A stretch of 29,190 bases of DNA from Clostridiales bacterium DTU092 (GTDB lineage: Bacteria > Bacillota > Clostridia > Caldicoprobacterales > Caldicoprobacteraceae), in the NCBI GenBank assembly GCA_001513505.1, contig LFTM01000133.1, positions 1 through 29,190 of the forward strand. Direction: 5' to 3'. The position numbers and the translations under genes are program-made. Positions within the stretch are counted from its first letter, which is position 1. Each line of letters opens with the position of its first letter. The notes below the pieces were generated by a model. The model saw nothing but the letters and a program-made list of their open reading frames with translations, was not told where the DNA came from and searched no databases. Below, piece by piece: positions 1 through 9,331 of the stretch.

Positions 1-1
1 G

Positions 2-562
2 GGGGAAAAGGTTGATTATTATTTTGAAGAACAGGGCTCCTTTTTTCAAAATTTAGATACTGCCATACAACCGTTTAAGGAAGATAAGAATATAATCATA
101 ATTTCTTCCGATATACCGATGATCACCAGTCAGGTGATTGATGATTTCATAAACAGATGTGCTGATAAGGATGCGGATTTGTGTTATCCTATTGTGGATA
201 AAAAAACAAATCAAAGCATGTTTCCGGGGTTTAACAGGACATATGTAAAACTTAAGGAAGGCTCATTTACCGGGGGCAATATTTTTTACATAAATCCGCG
301 GGTTATAGACTCGTGCCGTGATTTTGTCATAAAGCTTATAGACTACCGGAAGACTCCTTGGAAGACGGCAGGGCTTTTGGGAATGGACCTGCTTACCATG
401 CTTATACTTGGAAGACTGCCTATTTCATATATAGAAAAACGTTTCTCAGATCTGTTGAATATTAAAGCTGTGGCTGTCATATCTCCATTTCCCCAACTGG
501 CTAATGATGTGGACAAACCCAGTGATATAGAAATGGTGGAAAAATATCTTTCATGTGACTAA
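2..562 (+). CDS. Nucleotidyltransferase-family (MobA/CobY-like NTP transferase) protein, 5' truncated by window edge
   Basis: Frame is open from base 2 (GEKVDYYFEEQGSFFQNLDTAIQPFKEDKNIIIISSDIPM...), upstream of the track's Met at 119. Contains an SDIP motif and an RTYVKLKEGSFTGGN segment typical of this uncharacterised NTP-transferase group. Family call is from recognition only. Confidence 0.65.
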   Translation, partial: GEKVDYYFEEQGSFFQNLDTAIQPFKEDKNIIIISSDIPMITSQVIDDFINRCADKDADLCYPIVDKKTNQSMFPGFNRTYVKLKEGSFTGGNIFYINPRVIDSCRDFVIKLIDYRKTPWKTAGLLGMDLLTMLILGRLPISYIEKRFSDLLNIKAVAVISPFPQLANDVDKPSDIEMVEKYLSCD

Positions 563-640
563 AAAACGAAAAAATGTCAATACTTCTAAATAGTCAACTG
601 ATTTATTTCCAATCAATAATGCTATTTGGGGGTATTGACG

Positions 641-1342
641 ATGAAACATACAAAACGCAGTCTGTATTTATCATTGGGTTTGATAATACTTTTCTTATTT
701 ATTTCAGGGATGACTTTTAACCAGCCGGAACATGAGTATATTCGTTTTCATGTTATAGCCAACAGCGATTCGCCTGAGGATCAGGAGTTGAAGTTAAGAG
801 TAAGGGATAGACTTATTGAAAGATTTGGCTCGGAATTAAACAACGTTGATTCAATAGAACAGGGCAGACAGAAGATTGGTGAAAACCTTTTGGAAATAAA
901 GGATGTGGCTTTACAGGAGATAAAGAGAAGCGGTGCTAACTACCCTGTAGAGGTGATGTTTGGACGGTTTCCATTTCCAACAAAGGTATACGGGAATCTT
1001 GTGCTGCCTGCAGGTGAATATGAGGCCTTAAAAGTAGTTATAGGCCGGGGGAAAGGTGCTAACTGGTGGTGCGTCATGTTTCCGCCCCTGTGCTTTGTAG
1101 ATATAAGCCATGGAGTTGTCCATGAGTCCCAATCCCGGATACAGGATGAAGGGATTGAGCTGCACCAACGGGAAGAGTATGAACAGGATCAGGAAAACTC
1201 GGAGCCCTTAGGTCAAAAAACCGGATACAACGATCGGACAGATCAAGGTGTAAGACAGGTGGAATACAGATGGAAAATCCTTGAGTGGCTGAACGGGTCA
1301 AGGGAAAAAGTGGAAAACCTGTTATGGTTCTTTAAACATTAA
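641..1342 (+). CDS. spoIIR: Stage II sporulation protein R (pro-sigmaE processing signal)
   Basis: N-terminal signal sequence; motifs IRFHVIANSDS, FPTKVYG..LPAGEYEALKVVIG.GKGANWWCVMFPPLCF. ATG 641 follows GGGGGT SD (track uses TTG 626). Confidence 0.93.
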   Translation: MKHTKRSLYLSLGLIILFLFISGMTFNQPEHEYIRFHVIANSDSPEDQELKLRVRDRLIERFGSELNNVDSIEQGRQKIGENLLEIKDVALQEIKRSGANYPVEVMFGRFPFPTKVYGNLVLPAGEYEALKVVIGRGKGANWWCVMFPPLCFVDISHGVVHESQSRIQDEGIELHQREEYEQDQENSEPLGQKTGYNDRTDQGVRQVEYRWKILEWLNGSREKVENLLWFFKH

Positions 1343-1360
1343 AAAAGATAGTAAGTAATC

Positions 1361-1385
1361 AGGGTGCGACAGCACCCTTTTTTTT
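1361..1385 (+). terminator. Intrinsic terminator after spoIIR
   Basis: AGGGTGC-gaca-GCACCCT hairpin followed by a T tract. Confidence 0.85.
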
Positions 1386-1472
1386 ATGAATAAATTATGT
1401 ATATCAGACGGTTTTTAACAATCAGGAGGTTGCACCACCGATAACAAGGAATAATTTTACATAATTTGACGG

Positions 1473-1502
1473 GTATAATCAGTTTTGGGTTAACAAAAAA
1501 TA
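1473..1502 (+). promoter_or_regulatory. Possible forespore (sigmaF/sigmaG-type) promoter for sleB-ypeB
   Basis: GTATA-N15-acaaAaAATA; -35 matches GYATA, -10 only partly matches GG--A-AHTR. sleB-ypeB is sigmaG-dependent in B. subtilis. Confidence 0.3.
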
Positions 1503-1535
1503 TAACAGAAGCCATATGCCAGAAAGGGAGATTAT

Positions 1536-2252
1536 ATGAAGCATAAAGGGATGCTCTCTGTTATAACGGTTGTGTTAACCCTGATTATTTGTGGGATTAT
1601 GTTGGCTGATTACCGGTTTGATGATAATCAAGCTGTTGAAACCATACTGTATTGGGGTACCACTGGTGGCAAAGTTTCGGAAGTACAGAGCAAGCTGAGA
1701 CAGTGGGGATACTATGATGGTCCTATTGATGGAATATATGGAGCCAAGACTTTCGAGGCAGTCAAATTGTTTCAAAGAAAAAATGGGTTAAAGGTAGATG
1801 GGGTGGTTGGTCCTCAGACAGCTGCAGCTATGGGTATTACCTTGAGCGGTACGGGTTCAGGTCAGAATTATCAGCCATCAAGAGGTGGCGGCACAGCCAG
1901 CGGTGGTGATGTATATCTGTTGGCCAGAGCCGTACATGGGGAGGCCAGAGGAGAACCATATATCGGTAAGGTGGCGGTAGCAGCCGTTATTTTGAACCGG
2001 GTTAAGCATCCTTCCTTCCCCAACACTATAGCAGGGGTAATTTATCAGCCGGGTGCTTTTACAGCGGTGTCGGACGGTCAGATTAACCTGGCGCCTGATG
2101 AAGAGTCACTGCGGGCCGCCAGAGATGCATTAAATGGCTGGGATCCAACTTACGGTGCCCTTTATTACTACAATCCGGCCAAGGCTACCAGCAGTTGGAT
2201 ATGGTCACGACCGGTTCATATCGTTATAGGAAAGCATAGATTTGCTAAGTAG
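1536..2252 (+). CDS. sleB: Spore cortex-lytic enzyme SleB
   Basis: Signal peptide, PG-binding domain (WGYYDGPIDGIYG...FQRKNGLKVDGVVGPQT), Hydrolase_2 domain (LARAVHGEARGEPYIGKVAVAAVILNRV...YYYNP); GGGAG SD; followed by ypeB. Confidence 0.94.
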   Translation: MKHKGMLSVITVVLTLIICGIMLADYRFDDNQAVETILYWGTTGGKVSEVQSKLRQWGYYDGPIDGIYGAKTFEAVKLFQRKNGLKVDGVVGPQTAAAMGITLSGTGSGQNYQPSRGGGTASGGDVYLLARAVHGEARGEPYIGKVAVAAVILNRVKHPSFPNTIAGVIYQPGAFTAVSDGQINLAPDEESLRAARDALNGWDPTYGALYYYNPAKATSSWIWSRPVHIVIGKHRFAK

Positions 2253-2282
2253 GGATCTCACAACAGGATGGGAGGAAAATAA

Positions 2283-3632
2283 ATGATAACCAGATGGATA
2301 CTTCCTGTAATTTTGGCTATAGCCCTGATAGCTGTTGGGTTATGGGGATATAACCAGTATCAGCAGAACATGGAATATCGTAACTATATGGAGAATCTGT
2401 ACCAGAAGTCTTTTTATGAACTGGTGGGACAGGTTGGTGATATTGAGACCAAACTTTCCAAGCTGATGGTAAGCGGTGATCAGGCACAGAGCATGATCAT
2501 ATTGTCGGATGTATGGCGACAGGCCGATGCTGCCCAGATAAACCTGGGACAACTGCCGTTGGGACATCTGGCATTGGTAAGGACATCAAAGTTTATGAAT
2601 CAACTGGCGGATTACTGTTATTATTTGACAAAGAAGACCGGGCAGGCTCAAACACTTTCTGTGGAAGAAATGAAGAATATTGGAGAGCTTTACAACAACT
2701 GTACAAAGTTAAACGGAGAACTCAAGGTACTGGTAGACAGTATCAACTCAGGAGGGGTAAGATGGGGTGAAATCCGTCAGGCCAAGGTAAAAGCTGAACT
2801 CAATGAGGATTCTGAAAATGTGATTGTAAAGCAGTTTACAAAAATCGAAAGAACCGGGATTGATTATCCCACATTAATATATGACGGGCCTTTCTCGGAA
2901 ACGCTTCAGCAAAGACGGGATATCCGTATAAAGGGCGAAGCCATTGATCAAAAACAAGCCCAGGAAATTGCTGCTTCGTTTGTGGGCAAGGAGAAAGTAG
3001 CGGAAGTCAAAAACGGGCCTCAAACCACGGCTGATATTGAAACGTGGGGTGTATACATACGCAAAAAAGATGAAGAGGGTTCTATATTTGTTTCGGTTAG
3101 CAAAAGAGGCGGTAAAGTAGTAAACATGATCTCCGATGAGACGGTGAAGGACTCCAAAATATCACTTGATGAAGCCCAACGCAATGCTGAGAAATTTCTG
3201 GAAGAAAAGGGCTTTAAGTCTATGGTGCCGACCTATAGCCAGCGCTTCGATGGCACATTGGTTATCAACTATGTGTATAAGCAGGATGATGTCATTGTAT
3301 ATCCGGACCTGATAAAGGTTAAAGTTTCATTGGAAGACGGAGATATTATTGGTTTTGATGCCCGTAACTATTATATTGCCCATAGAGAACGGGATATAGA
3401 ACAGCCCCGGTTATCCATTTCAGAGGCCCGAAAGCTGGTAAGTCCCAACTTGAAAATTAATTCTGAAGCCATAGCCATCATTCCCACCGAGTCGGGACAC
3501 GAAAAGCTGTGCTACGAGTTTAAAGGAGAATACGGTGGAGATAACTTCATAGTTTATTTGGATGCAAATAGTGGGAAAGAAGTTAATATATTGAAGATTA
3601 TTATTGATGAAAACGGTTCTTTGACTGTTTAA
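2283..3632 (+). CDS. ypeB: Germination protein YpeB
   Basis: N-terminal TM anchor, LENxYQKSFYEL-like segment, PTLIYDGPFSE motif, C-terminal PepSY-like repeats (LCYEF..YLDANSGKE); directly after sleB. Confidence 0.93.
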   Translation: MITRWILPVILAIALIAVGLWGYNQYQQNMEYRNYMENLYQKSFYELVGQVGDIETKLSKLMVSGDQAQSMIILSDVWRQADAAQINLGQLPLGHLALVRTSKFMNQLADYCYYLTKKTGQAQTLSVEEMKNIGELYNNCTKLNGELKVLVDSINSGGVRWGEIRQAKVKAELNEDSENVIVKQFTKIERTGIDYPTLIYDGPFSETLQQRRDIRIKGEAIDQKQAQEIAASFVGKEKVAEVKNGPQTTADIETWGVYIRKKDEEGSIFVSVSKRGGKVVNMISDETVKDSKISLDEAQRNAEKFLEEKGFKSMVPTYSQRFDGTLVINYVYKQDDVIVYPDLIKVKVSLEDGDIIGFDARNYYIAHRERDIEQPRLSISEARKLVSPNLKINSEAIAIIPTESGHEKLCYEFKGEYGGDNFIVYLDANSGKEVNILKIIIDENGSLTV

Positions 3633-3657
3633 TGCCAATGTAACCAGCTTTTTTATA

Positions 3658-3686
3658 GCATAGAGGAATAATGTCGGGGAATAATA
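3658..3686 (+). promoter_or_regulatory. SigmaF/sigmaG-type promoter for sspF-like gene
   Basis: GCATA (3658-3662) and GGGAATAATA (3677-3686) match GYATA and GG--A-AHTR; spacer is 14 nt, one shorter than the usual 15. Confidence 0.55.
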
Positions 3687-3735
3687 TATTCTGCCGGAGG
3701 ATATAAAATGTCTTTCCGGTAAAGGAGGTATTTCT

Positions 3736-3912
3736 ATGGCTAGAAACCGCGGAATAATGTCCGAAAAGCTTAAGGAGGAAATTGCCAAAGAGCTGGGAGT
3801 GTATAATATAGTTAAGAATCAGGGTTGGGGCGATGTAACTTCCCGGGATTGCGGCAATATGGTGGCCAAAGCAATCGAAATTGCTGAAAGGAGTATCAAC
3901 AAGGTTAAATAG
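3736..3912 (+). CDS. sspF: Small acid-soluble spore protein, alpha/beta family (SspF-like), 58 aa; not in ORF track
   Basis: AAGGAGG SD, ATG 3736; MARNRGIMSEKLKEEIAKELGVYNIVKNQGWGDVTSRDCGNMVAKAIEIAERSINKVK closely resembles B. subtilis SspF (GWG..RD.GNMV..AIEIAE). Confidence 0.87.
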   Translation: MARNRGIMSEKLKEEIAKELGVYNIVKNQGWGDVTSRDCGNMVAKAIEIAERSINKVK

Positions 3913-3924
3913 CCGGATAATACC

Positions 3925-3959
3925 ATCGAAGCGGAGGCTTAAGCCTCCGCTTCGATTTT
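3925..3959 (+). terminator. Terminator-like perfect palindrome after sspF-like gene
   Basis: ATCGAAGCGGAGGCTT/AAGCCTCCGCTTCGAT, a perfect 32-bp palindrome, followed by a short T run. Confidence 0.75.
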
Positions 3960-3996
3960 ACCGATCTGTCAAATTAAATAAAATATTATTGGAGCG

Positions 3997-4025
3997 TTGA
4001 ATTATAGCCGTCTGCATAGTAGAAT
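3997..4025 (+). promoter_or_regulatory. SigmaA promoter for ddl-murI
   Basis: TTGAAT-N17-TAGAAT. Confidence 0.55.
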
Positions 4026-4067
4026 ATATCTATATATAGTTAAAAGGGTAAAGAGGAGGATAAAAGA

Positions 4068-5174
4068 ATGCCTGAAAAATTGAAACTTGCCCTTCTTTTT
4101 GGCGGCCAATCGGGCGAGCATGAGGTTTCCCTGATGTCGTGCACATCAATCGCAAAAAACATTGATCCAAATAAATATGATGTCTACTATATTGGAATAA
4201 CCAAATCAGGTAAGTGGCATTTGTTTGAGGGAAATCTGGATGATATACAAAGCGGAGAATGGGAGAAAAGTTCGAAGCCGATTGTATTTCCCGGCGATCC
4301 TTCCTATCAAGGCTTTTTTCTTATAGAAGATCCTTCAAATATCTATCCGGTAGATGTGGTTTTTCCGGTAATGCATGGCCCACATGCAGAGGACGGTACA
4401 ATACAGGGGTTACTGGAGCTGGCAAACATTCCGTATGTTGGGTGTGGTGTAATGGCTTCCGCTGTGGCCATGGACAAGGCAATGGCAAAGGCTGTTTTTG
4501 CAAGTCATGGATTGCCTCAGGGCGAGTATCTTGTAGTACAAAGGCATGAGTTTGAGTCAAATCAGCAACAGGTGTTAAACCGGATCGAATCGGTTATTGG
4601 GTATCCATGTTTCATTAAACCTGTAAACATGGGATCCAGCGTTGGAATTACAAAGGCGCATAACAGGCAGCAGCTTGCTGAGGGTTTACAGCATGCGGGC
4701 GAATATGACAGAAAGCTTCTGGTTGAAGCTTTTATCAATGGCAGGGAAATAGAATGTTCCGTTTTAGGCAATAATTATCCCGAGGCTTCCATAGTCGGGG
4801 AGATAATACCATGTAACGAATTTTACGATTATAACGCAAAATACTATGATGATGGAAAATCAGCACTTATAATTCCAGCTGAACTTCCGGAGGAAAAGGC
4901 AGAGGAGATTCGCCAGCTGGCGATAAAGGTTTATAAAGCCCTTGATTGCAGCGGAATGGCCAGAATTGATTTCTTTGTTGAAAGGGATACCCAGAAGGTT
5001 TATGTAAATGAAGCAAATACCATACCGGGGTTTACCAGGATAAGTATGTATCCCAAACTCTGGGAAGCCACCGGCATACCCTATTCAGATTTAATAGATT
5101 GTCTTATTCAGCTTGCCATAGAACGGTTTAAGGAGAAGCATTCCGGTGGAAAGGAGCTCTTACAATATGGATAA
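4068..5174 (+). CDS. ddl: D-alanine--D-alanine ligase
   Basis: LLFGGQSGEHEVS, HGPHAEDGTIQG, MDKAMAK, KPVNMGSSVG, FYDYNAKY, NEANTIPGFT..SMYP motifs; GAGGAGG SD. Confidence 0.97.
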   Translation: MPEKLKLALLFGGQSGEHEVSLMSCTSIAKNIDPNKYDVYYIGITKSGKWHLFEGNLDDIQSGEWEKSSKPIVFPGDPSYQGFFLIEDPSNIYPVDVVFPVMHGPHAEDGTIQGLLELANIPYVGCGVMASAVAMDKAMAKAVFASHGLPQGEYLVVQRHEFESNQQQVLNRIESVIGYPCFIKPVNMGSSVGITKAHNRQQLAEGLQHAGEYDRKLLVEAFINGREIECSVLGNNYPEASIVGEIIPCNEFYDYNAKYYDDGKSALIIPAELPEEKAEEIRQLAIKVYKALDCSGMARIDFFVERDTQKVYVNEANTIPGFTRISMYPKLWEATGIPYSDLIDCLIQLAIERFKEKHSGGKELLQYG

Positions 5175-5973
5175 CAGACCAATAGGGGTTTTTGATTCAG
5201 GGCTCGGTGGACTTACGGTAATGAAGGAGCTGATGGCACAGCTCCCCAATGAAAATATTGTATATTTTGGCGATACGGCACGGCTGCCTTATGGTACACG
5301 TTCCAAGGAGACAATCATCAAATACTCCATGCAGTGTATCCGTTTTCTTTTGAGCAAAGGCATAAAGGCAGTGGTGATTGCATGTAATACCGCAAGCTCT
5401 ATGGCTATACAGGCTGTACGGGAAACCTTTGATATACCAATAATTGGCGTTATTGAACCCGGTGCCGAGGCTGCTGCTAAAGCTACACGAAATAACAAGG
5501 TTGGTATAATCGGGACACAGGCCACGGTGAAAAGCGGGGCTTATCCGACGGCTTTAAAAAAGTTAAACCCGGACATACAGACTTGCGGAGTCGCCTGCCC
5601 GCTATTTGTCCCTATTGTAGAAGAGGGCTGGAGCGATACGGAAATTGCTTATCTTACTGCAAGGCGATATTTAAATGATTTGAAATCATGGGAAGCCGAT
5701 ACTGTCATACTCGGGTGTACCCATTATCCGTTATTGATAAATACCATTTCAAAGGTTATGGGGCCTGAGGTCACCCTGATTAATCCTGCTGCAGACACGG
5801 CAAGACAGGTAAAGCAGATGCTGACTGAAAAGGATATGCTGCGGGAGAATAAAGACGTGGGTGTGTATCAATACTATTTAAGTGATTTCAGTCAAAGTTT
5901 TAAACAAATAGGAAGTAATTTTTTGAATAAGAATATAGAATATGCGGAAAAGATTGACATTGAAAATTACTAG
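5167..5973 (+). CDS. murI: Glutamate racemase
   Basis: IGVFDSGLGGLTV, DTARLPYG, IACNTAS, ILGCTHYP (both catalytic Cys). ATG 5167 after AAGGAG; 8-bp overlap with ddl. Confidence 0.97.
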   Translation: MDNRPIGVFDSGLGGLTVMKELMAQLPNENIVYFGDTARLPYGTRSKETIIKYSMQCIRFLLSKGIKAVVIACNTASSMAIQAVRETFDIPIIGVIEPGAEAAAKATRNNKVGIIGTQATVKSGAYPTALKKLNPDIQTCGVACPLFVPIVEEGWSDTEIAYLTARRYLNDLKSWEADTVILGCTHYPLLINTISKVMGPEVTLINPAADTARQVKQMLTEKDMLRENKDVGVYQYYLSDFSQSFKQIGSNFLNKNIEYAEKIDIENY

Positions 5974-6034
5974 GCTTATAGTTGATTTCTTCCGTTGTTC
6001 ATCATTATACCAGTTTAAAAAGGAGGGTGAAAAA

Positions 6035-6679
6035 ATGAGGATAACCTGGTTAGGGCATGCTTGTTTTAAACTGACGTCGGATTCCGGTGTTTCTGTTATT
6101 ACGGACCCTTTCGATGAAAGGGTGGGTTATGACCTTCCTAAGGAATCAGCGGATATTGTTACTGTAAGCCATCAGCATTACGACCACAATTATATTGAGG
6201 CCGTTGAAGGCTCACCCCAGGTTATTGATAAGGCGGGGGACTTTTCCATCAAGGCTATTTCTATTAAAGGAATTAAAAGTTATCATGATGACAAAAGCGG
6301 TAGTGAGAGAGGTAGCAATATAATCTACAAAATTGAGATGGACGGAATAAAAATTTGCCATTGTGGTGACTTGGGTCATTCTCTCACCCGGGAGCAGGCT
6401 GACCAACTGGGGGATGTGGATGTGCTGCTTGTGCCGGTAGGAGGTACATATACCGTTGATGCCAAAACCGCAGCGGACATTGTCGGTGTGTTGAATCCAT
6501 CTTTGATCATACCCATGCATTTTAAAACCGACAGAATTGATTTCCCCATAGATGGTGTAGATAAGTTCCTGGAGATTATGGGAGAAGGCACCAAAATGAA
6601 CACCAACACTCTTGAGGTTACAGAACAGGATATTCAGGAGAAAGGAACCAGGGTTGTTGTATTGGATTATAAAAAGTAA
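6035..6679 (+). CDS. MBL-fold metallo-hydrolase of unknown substrate
   Basis: ITWLGHACF, ITDPF, SHQHYDH (HxHxDH), HCGDLG, IIPMHF motifs; AGGAGG SD before ATG 6035. Confidence 0.88.
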   Translation: MRITWLGHACFKLTSDSGVSVITDPFDERVGYDLPKESADIVTVSHQHYDHNYIEAVEGSPQVIDKAGDFSIKAISIKGIKSYHDDKSGSERGSNIIYKIEMDGIKICHCGDLGHSLTREQADQLGDVDVLLVPVGGTYTVDAKTAADIVGVLNPSLIIPMHFKTDRIDFPIDGVDKFLEIMGEGTKMNTNTLEVTEQDIQEKGTRVVVLDYKK

Positions 6680-6746
6680 ATTTTGTATTTTACTGAAAAT
6701 GTTTGGATTTACAGCATATAGCCATCATCAAAGCGTACCACATATA

Positions 6747-6805
6747 TTTGAAGAATATTATTCCAGCCACGGAGCTTTAAGGTGGCCTCCATAATATTTT
6801 TCATA
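6747..6805. repeat. Ends-only (~60 bp) version of the 170-bp inverted-repeat element
   Basis: TTTGAAGAATATTATTCCAGCCAC ... GTGGCCTCCATAATATTTTTCATA: both arms match the ends of 6821-6990, separated by only 11 nt. Confidence 0.6.
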
Positions 6806-6820
6806 TTTTATCAGCATAAT

Positions 6821-6990
6821 GCTGAAGAATATTATTTCAGCCGCTGGTACTCCAAAGCTAAAAGCCTGTAATACTTGCTCCGGGGCCTTCATCAAACTCG
6901 CTTCGCTCAGACAGTGATTCGGCCTAATCCTCCGCTGCGCTAACAGGCTCTAAGCTTTTCCGCAAGGCGGCTTCCATAATTATATTATAA
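6821..6990. repeat. ~170-bp MITE/REPIN-like nested inverted-repeat element, copy 1
   Basis: Reverse complement aligns with 18216-18384 at roughly 85% identity by eye over an ungapped ~130-nt core; imperfect terminal IRs; inner arms 6854-6871/6941-6958. Confidence 0.85.
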
Positions 6991-7024
6991 TTTGCGATGA
7001 TGTGGCCAGGACGCTAAAAAATCC

Positions 7025-7052
7025 TTGACAATATGCTGAAATGATGTATAAA
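7025..7052 (+). promoter_or_regulatory. SigmaA promoter for pyrG
   Basis: TTGACA-N16-TATAAA. Confidence 0.6.
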
Positions 7053-7069
7053 ATTGATGGTTGTAGTAA

Positions 7070-8722
<1,653 letters not shown>

Positions 8723-8763
8723 GACGAATTAACTAGAATATATAAATTTTTCCTTTTTTATTC

Positions 8764-8793
8764 AACTCTACTAATTTTAAGTAGGGTTTTTTT
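8764..8793 (+). terminator. Intrinsic terminator after pyrG
   Basis: AACTCTACT-7 nt loop-AGTAGGGTT stem (one G:U) running into a T7 tract. Confidence 0.75.
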
Positions 8794-8806
8794 GTAGATT
8801 TTATTG

Positions 8807-8835
8807 TTGACTACAAAGGTCATTTGAAGTATTAT
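8807..8835 (+). promoter_or_regulatory. SigmaA promoter, probably for rho (long leader)
   Basis: TTGACT-N17-TATTAT immediately after the pyrG terminator, ~490 nt upstream of rho. Confidence 0.55.
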
Positions 8836-9331
8836 AATATTGAACCTACACACGATACCATATAATATGGGTACCCTTGGATGCCTATCAAATCTGCCTT
8901 CTCACTTTTTGGGAAGATCGTTTATATACAAAAGCATTTATACTTATTCATTTTGCTTTTGTTAATTTGAACAGCGTTCCATTGAGGTAAAAAAATTAAA
9001 CATGCGTGGCTTTTGGGGAACAGGGCGTCGGGCGTAATAAACTATTTGAGCTTGGTTTGTGCATATTATGCACACAATATTTGGGTAACATAAAAACAAC
9101 CGGGTTGATTTGTTGCATTATGGTTGATAAATAAGTATGAAAGATGGTAAGCTGGCAATAATATGTAGAAGAAACACATTCTCATCAATCTTCAACACCA
9201 GTATTCCTGTACCCAGTGTAAGGGATTTATTTAAAAAGACATTGAAGAGTTCAGATATATGTGATATAAGACTGCTTTTCAAGCGAAAAATCATGTTCTG
9301 AGTAAAAAATAGTATAGAAAGCGAGGAAATG

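Noticed and set aside
563-640. SigmaF promoter for spoIIR
   Set aside because: Expected from biology, but only a partial -10 and no convincing -35 could be found.
4068-5174. Ddl as a VanA/VanB-type D-Ala-D-Lac ligase
   Set aside because: Omega loop FYDYNAKY has the Tyr of D-Ala-D-Ala ligases and there is no vanH/vanX/vanRS context.
6035-6679. MBL-fold gene as a beta-lactamase resistance gene
   Set aside because: No signal peptide and no class B beta-lactamase-specific features; the fold alone does not imply resistance.
6612-6794. 60-aa + strand ORF spanning the MBL gene end and the mini-repeat
   Set aside because: Overlaps a real gene, has no SD, and runs through repeat sequence.
6747-6990. 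Repeated AAGAATATTAT-type motifs as a possible CRISPR array
   Set aside because: Units alternate in orientation, have no regular spacers and no cas genes nearby; better explained as element ends.
9137-9301. 54-aa ORF (MKDGKLAIICRRN...) in the rho upstream region, overlapping a C-rich tract
   Set aside because: No Shine-Dalgarno and no recognisable similarity; cannot support it as a leader peptide without ribosome profiling.
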